Part shown: positions 19,801 to 27,649 of the stretch, piece by piece
Numbering within the stretch: position 1 is the first letter of the stretch
Layout of the letters: each line of letters starts with the position of its first letter
Origin: a virus
Length of the DNA stretch: 64,000 bases
Reading direction: 5' to 3' (one strand)
Virus record (IMG/VR): IMGVR_UViG_3300048088_000314
Span: 26,805-90,804 of that record
Made by a program: the position numbers and the translations under genes
Notes under the pieces: model-generated
Told to the model about the DNA's origin: nothing
Databases searched by the model: none
What the model saw: only the letters and a program-made list of their open reading frames with translations

Positions 19801-22800
19801 GCAGGCCGCGGCGATGTCGACCGCCGATGAGCGCGTGATCGAACTGACCCAGGCCAAGCAGGACCTCGACAAGATCCTGCGGCAGCAGTCGGCCCACCAG
19901 ACCGAGCAGTTCGGGCTGCGGAGTGCGATCCGGTGGAATGAAGAGGGCGTTAAATACAACGAGGGCATTATCGAGGGCATCGATAAGGACCTCGCGAAGC
20001 GCGAGGACACCCGCGGCAAAGCCTTCAAGATCACGATCGGTGGCAAGACCTATACCGACCGTGGCGAGGCGGAGAAGGCATTAACCGCTCAGGTGAAGGA
20101 CCTGCTCCCGACGCTTAATCCGAAGAGCGATTTGAAAAAGATCGCTGAGATCGGCGGGTTCGATATCCGGCTTGGCGCCAATGAGAGGATGGGGCGCGAC
20201 GCCAATGGCAAAATCATAAAGAGCATCGAGCCCGAGTTTGTAACTGGCGGCTTTGAGCATACCCGCTACGGTATTCGGAACGACGCGACGACTCCGCGCG
20301 GAGCGATCCAGGCGGCGGAATATGCAATCGGAAATCTTGAGGACAAGCGCCGCAGCTACGAATGGAATGTGATCCGGTCCCAGGCGGAGATCGATCGCGC
20401 GAAGCCACTGGTCGGGCGCGAGTTCGCGAAGGCCGATCAGATTCAGCCCCTACAGAACCGGGTCGCCGAACTCGAGACAGCGCTGGCGGCCAAGGATGCC
20501 GAGCGCGGCTTCGACTGGGATAAGGTTCGCAAGGGCTTCGAGACGAACGGCAAAGCCGTAGGGCCGGACGGACACGAGTATTCCGTCCAGGCGCAGACCC
20601 AGTACGGGCGCCGCGCATCCGGTGAGAAGCAGCGCTACGCGGTCTACGAGAACCCCGAGCCCGGCAATGACGAGACCCGGGGCAGGCGTCCGCTCTTCTA
20701 CGGTGAGATGGACAACGTCATGGAGTTGCTCCGGGATCACACCGACCCGGAGAAAATCGCCGAGCGTGCCGAGAAGCGCCGCATCGCCGAGGCGCAGTAT
20801 GCGAAACTCACGGGCGAGCGGGACGCGGCGATCGAGCAGGCCAAGGCTGCGGGCAAGTCCGAGTACGAAATCAACCGCAGCCAATACACCGATGAGCCCT
20901 GGAGAGCGCGCGCAAGCCGCATCAGGGAACTCGAGCAGGAGTTGGGGATCGGGCGCTACGCTAACTTGTACGAGGGCGAGACGGCCGCGGCGCTGAACAG
21001 CAGCCGTGGATTGGACCAGGATTACGAGCGCTTCGCCCAGGGGCGCCAGGGAGCGCACGAGACGGCCCGCGATTTCGTGCTCGACCAGGGCCGGAAGAAC
21101 GGGCTGGAGAACATGGCGGTCGTCGATCGCGATGGGAAGGTCTACGCCTCGACCTCCGACTCGCCCGAGGGCGTCGTGTCTCATGCCGACCTCGAAGACA
21201 AGCTGGACGATCCGAACGCCGGCTTGGTGGTGCACCACAACCACCCGTCGAACACCGGCCTGTCGTCCTGGGACATCGCCGCACTGGCCTACCGCGGCGT
21301 GTCGCACATCGTCGCCTATGCGAACCGCACCGGCGCCCACAGCATGGCCTCTCTTACCCCGTGGGCCCGGCAGTGGATCCGGGAGTATTCGCCAATCTAC
21401 ACGGGCGCGCTGCGCTCGCTGTGGCGGGCCGCTCGCGATACGCTGGAGCCGCAGGTACGCGGCGCTGTCGAGAGCGGCTACCTCACCGAGGAAGAGGGCA
21501 ACCGCCTTCTCGGCGACCTGACCAATCGCGCCCTGGACGCCGCGGGGGTCATCGACTATGTGAGCCCGCACGACCTCGCGCCGTTGAGCGAAGCCGGCCG
21601 CCGGGGAATGGTCGAGTACGGGGCACAGGCTGTCCAACAGCGCCTTCAGAGCTTTGGCGCCCGGCAGGAGACAAACATTGCCGATCGAATTGATCGATCC
21701 ACCCGGCCCGTTCTCCCCGCCGAAGCGATGGGAAGACTTCCTCGGCCGGCTGATGAAAATGCCGCGAACGCCGGCGGTGGAGGACGCGATCTTGGAGGCG
21801 AGGAAGCGCCTCGCGGACTCCGCGCTGCAGAAGAGCCCGACTTCTCAACCGAGGCAACCGCCGCAGCAATAAACGCAGCGGGGCCGCCGGAGAACACCCG
21901 CGGCTGGTGGGATCGCCTGGAGCGGAACCTCGATATAGCGCCGAGAAGCCCGGGCGAAGGCGATCACTTCTTCAACGCGCTGAACAAGGATTTCACCTTC
22001 CCGATGACCAAGGCCGCGCTCGACCCGCTGTCGAACGCGAAGTGGATTGCCGAGCTTAGCCGGCGCCGCGATGCCGGGGGATTGGCCCACGACTATTACC
22101 AGATGCTCGACTCCTGGCAGGGCAAGCCGCCAGAGACGTGGCGCAAGCTGTTCGCGGCGATGGAGATCCTCACCCTTGAGGGTCGCGAAGTGCCGACCGA
22201 TGGCCGGGCGATCATCGTCAGCAATGAGGACCGTCCGCTGGCGGCGCTGTCGAAGCCGGGCGACGTCATCCGCATTACCGACCCCTCGGAGATACGGATG
22301 TTCGCCGACTACCGCAAGGCGATGGACCAGGTCTGGAAGGACCTCGTCGCCGAGACGGCGAAGCAAGTGGGCTGGGAGGGGGAGCCGACCGCCAAGGCAA
22401 TCTATGAGGCTGCCGAGGCGGCGCCGACCGGGCGCGAAAAGGCGCACCTGACCAGGGCCGCACGCATCGTCGCCGGCATCGAGATGATGCGCCGCGACTC
22501 GTATTTGCCGTTGATGCGATCGGGCGACTACTTTGTGCGCGTCACCCCGAAGGCCGGCACCCCGGACAAGCCCGGCATCCCAGGCTGGAATGCCGAGGGG
22601 ATGGCACCGACTGTCACATACAAGCTGATCGATTCCATGACCCCCGCCGAGCGCGCGGTGGGCGGCATCCGCTCCGGCACGCCGAAGCAAGCCGAAGCGG
22701 AGATCGCCCGGCTGCGCGAGACGTTCCCGGAGGCCGAATACGACATCACCCACGGCTATGCGTTCCGCGACACCGACACGCTGCGCGACCTCGATATTCC

Positions 22801-24718
22801 GGCGGTCGACAAGCTGATGATGCTGGTCGCAAACGATGGGCGAAATCAGCTACGTGAGCGCATGGAAGCGATGGGCATGCCGAAGAAGGAAGCCCAGGCG
22901 AAGGCACGCGAGGATTATGACAAGCTGGTCGATGCGGTGCTCGACCAGGTCTACGATCAGCGGGTCGCAGGGTTCAAGAAACCCAGACTGGGGATACCCG
23001 GCTACGATTCCGACTTTGCCAAGAGCACGGGGTCCTACTTTAACTGGCTGGCGAACCACATCGCATCAATGCGTTATCGGCCAGATATTGAAGCTGCCGA
23101 CGAAGGGATCGAGCGTCACCCCGATCCGCGCACCCGCGCGTTCTGGCGCGACTGGGATCGCCGGCAGGAGGATTACGGCGACCAGATGAACGGCCCCTTG
23201 ATGGCGCTGCGCCAGGGTTCGTTCTACTGGCTCCTCGGCGCCAACGCGGCGACCACGGCCAAGATACTGCTGCATGGACCTCTGCGCGGCGTTCCGGTGC
23301 TCACGACGGGGCTGGGCGGGCAGGGGCGCATGCAGGCGCTTGGGACCTATCTCAACGCCAGCCGGACATTGCTGAAGGGGCTGCGCGTCGGTGGCCGCGG
23401 TATCGAGATCGATCTGGATGCGGTGCGCGGCTCGCTGAGCCCAGAAGAGCGGGCGATGTTCGATGAGGCGGAGCGCACCGGGGTCCTACACCCGCAAACC
23501 GCCAACGAACTGGCCTCGGCGCGCACCCAAGGCGAGGAAATCCTGACGCCGCAGCGGCGCTTCTTCCGCCGGGTCCTAGACATCTGGGGATCGAACGTGT
23601 CGGCGGCCGATCGCCTAACCCGCAGCGCGATGCTGTTGTCGGGCTACCGTGTCGCAAAGCGCGCCGGGATGGACGCTATCAACCAGGTGTGGGATCGCGA
23701 CCTCAACTGGAAGAACGCACCGGAGAAGACCCCCCAGGCGTTCGGTCAGTTCATGGTCGACAAGACGGTGGGGATCTGGGGCGACATCAACCGGCTGCCG
23801 GCGATGCGCTCGCAACTCGGCGGGATGATCGGCCAGTTCAAGCTCTACGAGATGGGCTACCTGTCGAATCTCCACCAGATGCTGACGCGGATGGGCCCCG
23901 AGGGGAAGGTGACCGCGGCGCTGATGTTGGGTGGCCTGGGTATGATGGGCGGCGCCATGGCGATCCCCTTCGCGCAGGACGTCGCGCAGGCAGGCGAATG
24001 GGCCTATGGCCTGGTGAACGGGATCGAGCCCGACCTGGATTCGTCGCTACGCCACGCTTTCGACGCGATGACAGGCGGCGGCGGGGAGGAGTTCCTGCAC
24101 GGTGCGCGGCCACTCGGCATCGACTGGAGCGGCATCGGCTTTGGCGACATCATCGGTAAGAACGTCCAGTCTCCGCTCGACCTGATCGGCGCCGCCGGCT
24201 CGACCGTGGTGGGAGCGCCGTACCGTGCGATGCAGCGCGAGCGCACCGGACAGGGCGACCTTGCGGCGTTCCGGGAACTCACCCCGAATGCGGTCAAGCA
24301 CATGCTCGACGCGCTCTATCCCGAGCTTTCGGCATACTCAGTCGCCGGCACCCGTAAGCTCCGGGAGCCTGGAGAAATGACCGACGAGGACCGGGTCAAG
24401 ATGGGCCTCGGGTTCCGGCCCGAATCGCAAGCCGTCTCCGCCGAGAGAAGTCGCGAGTTCGGCCACAACCGCTCGGCCTACATCCAGGCGATGACCGTCG
24501 CGGAGAACCGCATCGCGAACCTGCAGGATCGCGGGGAGCCCACGGCCGACGCAATCGCCGCCGCGAGCCGCCTCATCACCGAAGGCGAGCAGGCTGGTAT
24601 CTTTGACCAGAATGAGGTTGCGCGGTTCCGGCGTGACCTGCACAACAAGATGGTCCAGCGCGCGGCACCGCAGGTCGGCTCTCGGACGCAGCAACGCTAC
24701 CAGGCGGTCAATCCATGA
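10883..24718 (+). CDS. giant polyvalent DarB-like protein: InPase, N6-adenine MTase, SNF2 helicase, JAB-like and PLxRFG-like domains
   Basis: YGYI..T.G..D.VD.FIG...FDEHKVMLG (about 14.5-14.9 kb); FEPGMGIG 15722; NPPF 15920; HAVGAGKT 18026; DEAH 18548; HHNHPS 21233; YLPLMRSGDY 22502. Confidence 0.9.
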   Translation: MLRDGGRPGFAEGGDSGDQVIPSDLPPPPPGATTEPPQELPPLPAGATLTPPPPPPGATTTPPSLFAKDKPLVPKTQDDIRTSAPGSWIKDPLTGALYQKPVPAPAEKAPAPKLDFRGLTPEPTPSVMGAAGRGFERGVGPAAGGFVGAGALGEAGAIGGAAVAGPPGALVGGIAGALTGALGGGYAVGAAQNWLLKQLPDSVQRWLGQSDEQQAADVEAHGIPAELGEFLPNLIAAPPRLAAAAIREGAGAVERLLTSRFGAPVTGAAIMGGQSVAQQELAKGEISPKETAIAAGEGLLMGHPSPIGERLLSAGARPVRAITGRGEPTPGGEGGGAGQEGGAPPPALGEVMGIPMGDNNVQRMTVSRVTPEGDVVLVDQAGLAHPMTAADVARLRTEPPPEEAAPSAETPPPPGTPPAGEAPPPEGETRPPPAGAAGVTPSFDIFPPDELPPAPPGATREPPPAEPPPAAAPAAQVAAADQAAAAERAATAAQAPAQPGELDQRIAADQADVAAAQAGAAEPAPAAAPAAAPALPDGYRIEPFEGATVTGNPVTRYRLIGPSGNMMAEGGNLTELAAHARRVAAIRAAPTPRGVEPAPEQAPPAPEPAAAPEARPAQEAPPPPVAAPEPVEAAPAPPEPAAATPEAENGGYKVVSRNNGIREFWWIQRPDGSLVGPGRSGTAVETREEAEWALPYYVEAGKLIAAKTSPPEPVAPAAAEPANTPVVTQEKHTKTGADLWFVRFPEKTTGLGPLARSLKGYWSAFRGGGMQPGWAFKSLEAANEFATRARLPGEKPTPIPEGAAPPAVETTPESSPAQPEAATPPAALAYVSTLRDPARREYATQYLRYLLGRRDEPDTDLSPMAQQGIRLRLDELAGSRAGPAGEPMPPSGERPAAPPSPFDAWADEVFKVYQEQGSEAANTLFDTIATRENLSVEQWSQISQQVRDRVEAASLPWGKGVNYVPPERPVETPAGPRPVEDAAATERRNFVDALNLTNSVERNGARYSIENQDGRFRGVVGGEGLTPAYIGEWTPNRGSAIQAARDYAFRAETPEPPRAEPIAETRAEAERAEPAPREEPAAPRAEAKPAVTPAAGTPMWAHIGKNYLDRDLYRDKNGVRSYVDDNGIRHTEPVQIIPTRGGMRYSTAEPLNKDPEWQVAQPRDAYEDEHGLPIEKEYYRKEPENLEQRIARQLENAREVTEANPTRAEIEAGNYPKGRVNFYGIPFVMENARGALREGIDEHGEPWESQLAADYGYISRTVGAEGTDNVDAFIGPDLGSQQAFVIDQFDPDDGFDEHKVMLGYKDWPAARDAYLDSFSDGRGGERLGNYTPMSLDQLKAWLDTGDTRNPIGQQALPLGREEPTRGVQNAVPPGDEGERPATVQRPAEERGNEPAPAAEERAGAPTPRGDLEARSEAILAEDEGGGGDRAGDADRVPGGQREGAEPGAAAGPADTSGAIRPPTREIDLEPGKEVGVPSQAGRVVDWEVKGTNFPLTAEAISENRSPLAKARDNLAAIELAKRLVAEKRPATRAEQALLARYVGWGGVSGAFKDRAGNFRKGFEDVGQRLAQVLTKPEYDAAAQSTLYAHYTSEPVIKAMWSAMQRMGFKGGSVFEPGMGIGHFLGFMPPDIAQTSRYHGLEIDPMTATIAKLLYPESGIRQADFKSTPYPENVFDIAIGNPPFHDVVVQSDPKYRARGFVLHDYFFAKSLDSVRPGGLLGFITSAGTMNKLDTKARKYLADRAEFVGGVRMPSSTFARSANTEVTTDILFFKKRGQILDHAENELPEWTQTVQRDLPNRAGEIMGANVNRYFSEHPEQVLGEEGMFDKLVAGERYAVRPTPGMDVPAALNEALARLPENIMTEAPSPKELAELDFSRDERKDGSFYEAPDGTLMQYRDGAGRPVARRGAGVEGGRTSAEMKLIRELVPIRDAMRAVYRADLGGGEEAIAARTEFNRVYDEFVSRRGPLNKTEYSYRRPTPAQLENLRSEAREDARDLGREFDEGDFDARPLIEKKASAAAIASARQEARNRAAAEGREFNEGTFDPADVPDITIPKKENLDAFSQDPEHHRLAAIEQYDDRTGVATKRTIFFENPLDVRPEPQVNSANDGVLWSLNQHGKLDLDQIAEKLGKSRDDVIKELGDSVYRVPGTDETYQTADEYLSGDVVSKLEEARAALESDPKVQRNVEALEKVQPAPISPADISIRLGMPWMGTKEVGDFMREGLNLGGGAEARYLPALGRWIVGLGGDYGDGRAEWSTLRMNAEDLLTHALNRTAPKVFDPGEKKGSRVLNEDATQAAQDKVQAMHEAFERYVYGNGSPEQIERLDRIAALYNDRHNREVMRQWNGDYLTTPGIAKGWSWRPHQLRAIARIIQSGNTYIAHAVGAGKTSVAIGAAMEMRRLGLVRKPMIVVPNHMLGQFAKEWYEQYPTARLMIADEQRFHTDRRRQFVADVAQQDLDGVVITNSAFKKLAVSKEYEAKLIQDEIAQLDEAMEGLGQDPTKLTSVSAGARDNMSTVKKLQSKKLKMEERLRGATATDVDQTHTFEELGVDFMFVDEAHQFRKLAFASQMSVKGISQEGSDMAWDLYAKTRYLDEQNPGRSLVMMSGTPVTNTIGELYSLSRYMQRAELEKQGIPSFDAWAQTYGREATELEQTAQGTYEPVTRFSKIVNAPELYKMVGQVMDVVTPNELSQYVIRPALDNGQRTTHLAERSMWLDNFQEELGDRVRAIRSRKGPPSKGDDILLSVINDGRLGAIDPRFIDPSYGTGNAPSNTPSKLDTMIDNVHRIWRDTANQPFYEPGTGKELFRGPATQLVFSNLGIQGRDGGFSGYQHMRRELIRRGVPASEISFVKDFDGKPSEKQRLFNDMNAGKTRILIGSTQKMGTGLNVQRRLVAVHNLDPLWFPADDEQRVGRILRQGNLNPTIQVHDYSTKGTYDSTMWGMMGRKGRFIEQFFRGDPNLREIEDLGEASVYEQAAAMSTADERVIELTQAKQDLDKILRQQSAHQTEQFGLRSAIRWNEEGVKYNEGIIEGIDKDLAKREDTRGKAFKITIGGKTYTDRGEAEKALTAQVKDLLPTLNPKSDLKKIAEIGGFDIRLGANERMGRDANGKIIKSIEPEFVTGGFEHTRYGIRNDATTPRGAIQAAEYAIGNLEDKRRSYEWNVIRSQAEIDRAKPLVGREFAKADQIQPLQNRVAELETALAAKDAERGFDWDKVRKGFETNGKAVGPDGHEYSVQAQTQYGRRASGEKQRYAVYENPEPGNDETRGRRPLFYGEMDNVMELLRDHTDPEKIAERAEKRRIAEAQYAKLTGERDAAIEQAKAAGKSEYEINRSQYTDEPWRARASRIRELEQELGIGRYANLYEGETAAALNSSRGLDQDYERFAQGRQGAHETARDFVLDQGRKNGLENMAVVDRDGKVYASTSDSPEGVVSHADLEDKLDDPNAGLVVHHNHPSNTGLSSWDIAALAYRGVSHIVAYANRTGAHSMASLTPWARQWIREYSPIYTGALRSLWRAARDTLEPQVRGAVESGYLTEEEGNRLLGDLTNRALDAAGVIDYVSPHDLAPLSEAGRRGMVEYGAQAVQQRLQSFGARQETNIADRIDRSTRPVLPAEAMGRLPRPADENAANAGGGGRDLGGEEAPRGLRAAEEPDFSTEATAAAINAAGPPENTRGWWDRLERNLDIAPRSPGEGDHFFNALNKDFTFPMTKAALDPLSNAKWIAELSRRRDAGGLAHDYYQMLDSWQGKPPETWRKLFAAMEILTLEGREVPTDGRAIIVSNEDRPLAALSKPGDVIRITDPSEIRMFADYRKAMDQVWKDLVAETAKQVGWEGEPTAKAIYEAAEAAPTGREKAHLTRAARIVAGIEMMRRDSYLPLMRSGDYFVRVTPKAGTPDKPGIPGWNAEGMAPTVTYKLIDSMTPAERAVGGIRSGTPKQAEAEIARLRETFPEAEYDITHGYAFRDTDTLRDLDIPAVDKLMMLVANDGRNQLRERMEAMGMPKKEAQAKAREDYDKLVDAVLDQVYDQRVAGFKKPRLGIPGYDSDFAKSTGSYFNWLANHIASMRYRPDIEAADEGIERHPDPRTRAFWRDWDRRQEDYGDQMNGPLMALRQGSFYWLLGANAATTAKILLHGPLRGVPVLTTGLGGQGRMQALGTYLNASRTLLKGLRVGGRGIEIDLDAVRGSLSPEERAMFDEAERTGVLHPQTANELASARTQGEEILTPQRRFFRRVLDIWGSNVSAADRLTRSAMLLSGYRVAKRAGMDAINQVWDRDLNWKNAPEKTPQAFGQFMVDKTVGIWGDINRLPAMRSQLGGMIGQFKLYEMGYLSNLHQMLTRMGPEGKVTAALMLGGLGMMGGAMAIPFAQDVAQAGEWAYGLVNGIEPDLDSSLRHAFDAMTGGGGEEFLHGARPLGIDWSGIGFGDIIGKNVQSPLDLIGAAGSTVVGAPYRAMQRERTGQGDLAAFRELTPNAVKHMLDALYPELSAYSVAGTRKLREPGEMTDEDRVKMGLGFRPESQAVSAERSREFGHNRSAYIQAMTVAENRIANLQDRGEPTADAIAAASRLITEGEQAGIFDQNEVARFRRDLHNKMVQRAAPQVGSRTQQRYQAVNP
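14976..15281 (+). CDS. overprinted TnpV-like small protein nested in the giant ORF
   Basis: GAGGAG SD 7 nt before GTG; P.LFN.L...G.M..HL....QA...LE...AEEIVL..LI pattern. Confidence 0.6.
   Translation: MEFKTPYLLAMRERDPQLFNALRRNGEMNRHLQQKSEQAHQLLEEILKHDPKPSLPKMREAEEIVLATLIEFPADNEREPSQEPPQDLPTHPGQFGRRRGR
21678..21872 (+). CDS. overprinted small protein nested in the giant ORF
   Basis: AGGAG SD 7 nt before TTG; protein-like sequence IDPPGPFSP..WEDFL.RL. Confidence 0.45.
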   Translation: MPIELIDPPGPFSPPKRWEDFLGRLMKMPRTPAVEDAILEARKRLADSALQKSPTSQPRQPPQQ

Positions 24719-24825
24719 CTATCAGAGAGATCTTCGGCTGGTCGATCATCAAGCTTTTGGGGTTGGCTGTTGGAGCCGGTGCCGCCATCGTGGGCCTAGC
24801 CGTGCTGCTCGCTAGGTGCACGTGA
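24715..24825 (+). CDS. small membrane peptide (36 aa)
   Basis: ATGA overlap with the giant ORF; one hydrophobic helix. Confidence 0.45.
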   Translation: MTIREIFGWSIIKLLGLAVGAGAAIVGLAVLLARCT

Positions 24826-24852
24826 TGCGACTCCGCGCGGAGTCGGTCGCAG

Positions 24853-25251
24853 GTGAGAGGTATGTCTGAGCAGCGGGACCGCATGTATGAGGGGTGGGGC
24901 TTCAACGGGCCTACCGTGAGTGCCGTGATCGCCACGATCGCGCTAGGGGGAGCTCTCTTTGGATGGTGGATTACCAACGATCGAAATATGACTGCCATTA
25001 ACGCGGCGCAGGACGTCGCGCTCGTCAAACTCGCGGGCGACTTGGCCGCTGCCAAAATACAGATCACCAACTCTGAGGCGGCAATCGCACAGTTGCGGGC
25101 TGATTTTCAGGCCGCGATTATACAGGTCCGGACCGATGACCAAGCCGCTATTCAGCAATTGCGCGGGGATGTGAAGGAGAGCATCAGCGATGTCAAACAC
25201 ACGCTCGAGAAGATCCCCGATGATCTCACTCGTGCTCTTGGCCGCAAATAG
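24853..25251 (+). CDS. single-TM coiled-coil protein (holin/i-spanin-like)
   Basis: N-terminal TM helix followed by heptad repeats. Confidence 0.55.
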   Translation: MRGMSEQRDRMYEGWGFNGPTVSAVIATIALGGALFGWWITNDRNMTAINAAQDVALVKLAGDLAAAKIQITNSEAAIAQLRADFQAAIIQVRTDDQAAIQQLRGDVKESISDVKHTLEKIPDDLTRALGRK

Positions 25252-25444
25252 CGCATGTGCCCAAGCCGGGCAGCCGAGTGTCGTCGAGGGCCCGCTGATC
25301 GATAGTGGGTATCACAGCACCAAGCCTGCTCCGCCTGTTCCTGCGACTAAGCCGCTTGCGCCAGAGCAGACACGGGCTCTTCGGGATCAGATCGATGCTG
25401 CCCGGGAGCAGATTGACCGAGCGCACGATCGATTGGATCGCTAG
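25190..25444 (+). CDS. small secreted or lipoprotein-like protein
   Basis: AAGGAG SD; hydrophobic stretch ending in Cys; Pro-rich. Confidence 0.4.
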   Translation: MSNTRSRRSPMISLVLLAANSACAQAGQPSVVEGPLIDSGYHSTKPAPPVPATKPLAPEQTRALRDQIDAAREQIDRAHDRLDR

Positions 25445-26925
25445 GAGACTCTGGACCACCGCGGCTTGATTGCGACCAGGCCGAACCCCGCGATGATCGC
25501 GCGCACCACCAGCACCATGCCCTCGTAGCGAAAGTCGGGATCGGCAAACGCTCCGACGATGGCGGCGTTGTAGAGCAGCAAGAGGACCGCGGCGAGGAAG
25601 CTCGCGATGAAGGCGCGGGAGAACAGCATCGGCGCGGCGAACACGACCAACAGGCCGGCCACCATCAGGGCGGTCGAGCCGAAGATGAACGGCCAGTAGG
25701 TGTAATGCCAGGCCAGGGCGACGGCCTTCAGTATCTCACGATAGGGACGCGGAACCCGCGCCTCTGCCTGAGAGTCCTCCGGGAAGCGGTCTATCTCCGT
25801 GAGGTCCTCGCCGGCGGGATAGAAGTTCCGGCCGGAATAGACGAAGCCGGCGACGTTGTAGCGGGTGTGGGAAAATCCCGGCAGCGCCAGAAACAGAGCC
25901 ATATTGCGCAGGGTGTAGGACGCGACGTAGACCGGCTCAGCCCAGGCGATCTCTGCCGCGGCGCGCAGCAGGAGCATGTCCGGCGCCGCTCTGTCGATAA
26001 GCTGCATGTACTCGTAGTTGGGCCGCGCCCAGATGCGCTGCGTCAATTCGACCGTGGTCGGAAGCATCAGGTGGAACTTGGTGAACTCGGGTGGTTCGAC
26101 GGTGGCGAGCTCGGCGATCAAGGCATTATTCGCCGGCGATGGCTGCAGCGCGGCGGTCAGCCGGTCGATTACCTCCGTGACGGCCGGGCCCATCGCCGGG
26201 TTGATGACCACGCCGTAGTCCTCGGAGTTGATGTACGCATTGTAGAAGACCTGCTCGCCGGTATAGCTCGGCGTGTAGCCCAGGTGCGCGACGTCGAGGA
26301 CCTTGGCTCGGTACTGCCCGTATCCCAGCATCGCGACCACGAACGCGGCGAAGCAGCACCCGCCTGCCAAGCGGTAGCGCGGCTGGACCAGCACGGCCAG
26401 CAGCAGCAGTACAGGGAACACCAAGTTCATCGCCGGGCGCATCAGCGAATCAGTGATCGCCACCGCTGAGAACAGGACCAGCCAAAGCCAACCGGGCGTC
26501 TGGAAAAATCTGATCAGGCAGACCAGCATCAGGACCATGAAGAACACGCCGGCCTGATCGGGGTACATCATCTTGATGAACAGGTACGGCCCTCCGCTCA
26601 GCATCGCCGCCAGGGCGCACAGGAGGGCCACAGAAGGGGAGAAGCGCTTGAGGGCTGCCCAGACAAGAGGCGGCATCAGGAAGGCCATCACTGCCCACAG
26701 GGCGGCGACGTTGGCGATCTTGCCGCTCTGCCCGAGGCTTGTGAGCCAGATCAGTAATGGAAAGCCGACGTCGCGCTGGGCGAAGCCGGGATTGAGCGTG
26801 GCGTCCGTTCCGATTGTGTTGGCCCAGATGAAGAAACCCCACGACCCGCCTGGAACGATGTACCCTGACGCCACCCAAAAAAACCACGCGGCGAGCGCGC
26901 TGAGCGCGAGAACGATGTAACCCAT
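25441..26925 (-). CDS. polytopic membrane protein, GT-C glycosyltransferase-like
   Basis: Many TM helices, RDVGFPL early loop, large periplasmic domain, C-terminal RY motif. Confidence 0.6.
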   Translation of the reverse strand: MGYIVLALSALAAWFFWVASGYIVPGGSWGFFIWANTIGTDATLNPGFAQRDVGFPLLIWLTSLGQSGKIANVAALWAVMAFLMPPLVWAALKRFSPSVALLCALAAMLSGGPYLFIKMMYPDQAGVFFMVLMLVCLIRFFQTPGWLWLVLFSAVAITDSLMRPAMNLVFPVLLLLAVLVQPRYRLAGGCCFAAFVVAMLGYGQYRAKVLDVAHLGYTPSYTGEQVFYNAYINSEDYGVVINPAMGPAVTEVIDRLTAALQPSPANNALIAELATVEPPEFTKFHLMLPTTVELTQRIWARPNYEYMQLIDRAAPDMLLLRAAAEIAWAEPVYVASYTLRNMALFLALPGFSHTRYNVAGFVYSGRNFYPAGEDLTEIDRFPEDSQAEARVPRPYREILKAVALAWHYTYWPFIFGSTALMVAGLLVVFAAPMLFSRAFIASFLAAVLLLLYNAAIVGAFADPDFRYEGMVLVVRAIIAGFGLVAIKPRWSRVS

Positions 26926-27649
26926 GGTGAATGTTCCTGATCCCCTCAAGGCGATCACCACTATGGCCCACTGGCGCGGCGTGTTCGAGGTTGCGTGGTG
27001 CTGGTCGCATATCATCCTGGCCCTGGCGCTGGTCGAGAGTTATCCGTGGCTCTTCGCGATAGGGCTCGTCTTTGTCGGAGCGCGGGTCTACGGACTGGCC
27101 GTCCTGTTCCACGACGCGCAGCATCACACCTTGCACCGCGCTCGGCGGGTCAATGACCTGATCGGCCACTACTTCCTATCGCTGCCGCTGGGAACCGATC
27201 TCCAACGGTCGCGCAGGTCGCATTTCCGCCACCACCGCGATCTGGGGAAGCGATTCGATCCGGATTATCCGATCTACGCCGAGGGGAAGTTCAGCCGGCA
27301 ATCCGATGTCGGTATATGGCCGTTTATCAGGGTGATCGTAGCTGTCGCGATCGTCGCTCCGTGGTGGCCTGTCGCGCTGATCTGGATCCCCTCGTTGGTC
27401 CTGGCCGGGGTCTTTGATCGAGTGCGGACCTACTGCGAGCACTCCGACCCGACAGGAAGCCTCAACAGCTTCCGCAGCAATGCGATCGAGCGGTTCTTCT
27501 TGGCGCCCTATCACATGAATTGGCACGGCGACCACCACCTGAAGCCCGGCGTGCCGCACTACCGCCTGCCGCTGCTGGACCCCGATCCGAGGATACAGCG
27601 CCGCGGCAGCTACATACGCTACCTGCTTCCACATGGAGACGCGGAATGA
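26924..27649 (+). CDS. fatty acid desaturase family protein
   Basis: Three His boxes: HDAQH, HFRHH, HGDHH. Confidence 0.85.
   Translation: MVNVPDPLKAITTMAHWRGVFEVAWCWSHIILALALVESYPWLFAIGLVFVGARVYGLAVLFHDAQHHTLHRARRVNDLIGHYFLSLPLGTDLQRSRRSHFRHHRDLGKRFDPDYPIYAEGKFSRQSDVGIWPFIRVIVAVAIVAPWWPVALIWIPSLVLAGVFDRVRTYCEHSDPTGSLNSFRSNAIERFFLAPYHMNWHGDHHLKPGVPHYRLPLLDPDPRIQRRGSYIRYLLPHGDAE

Noticed and set aside
24853-25444. Firm Rz/Rz1 spanin call
   Set aside because: The lipobox is poor (NSAC) and the pair lies 8 kb from the endolysin; kept as generic calls.
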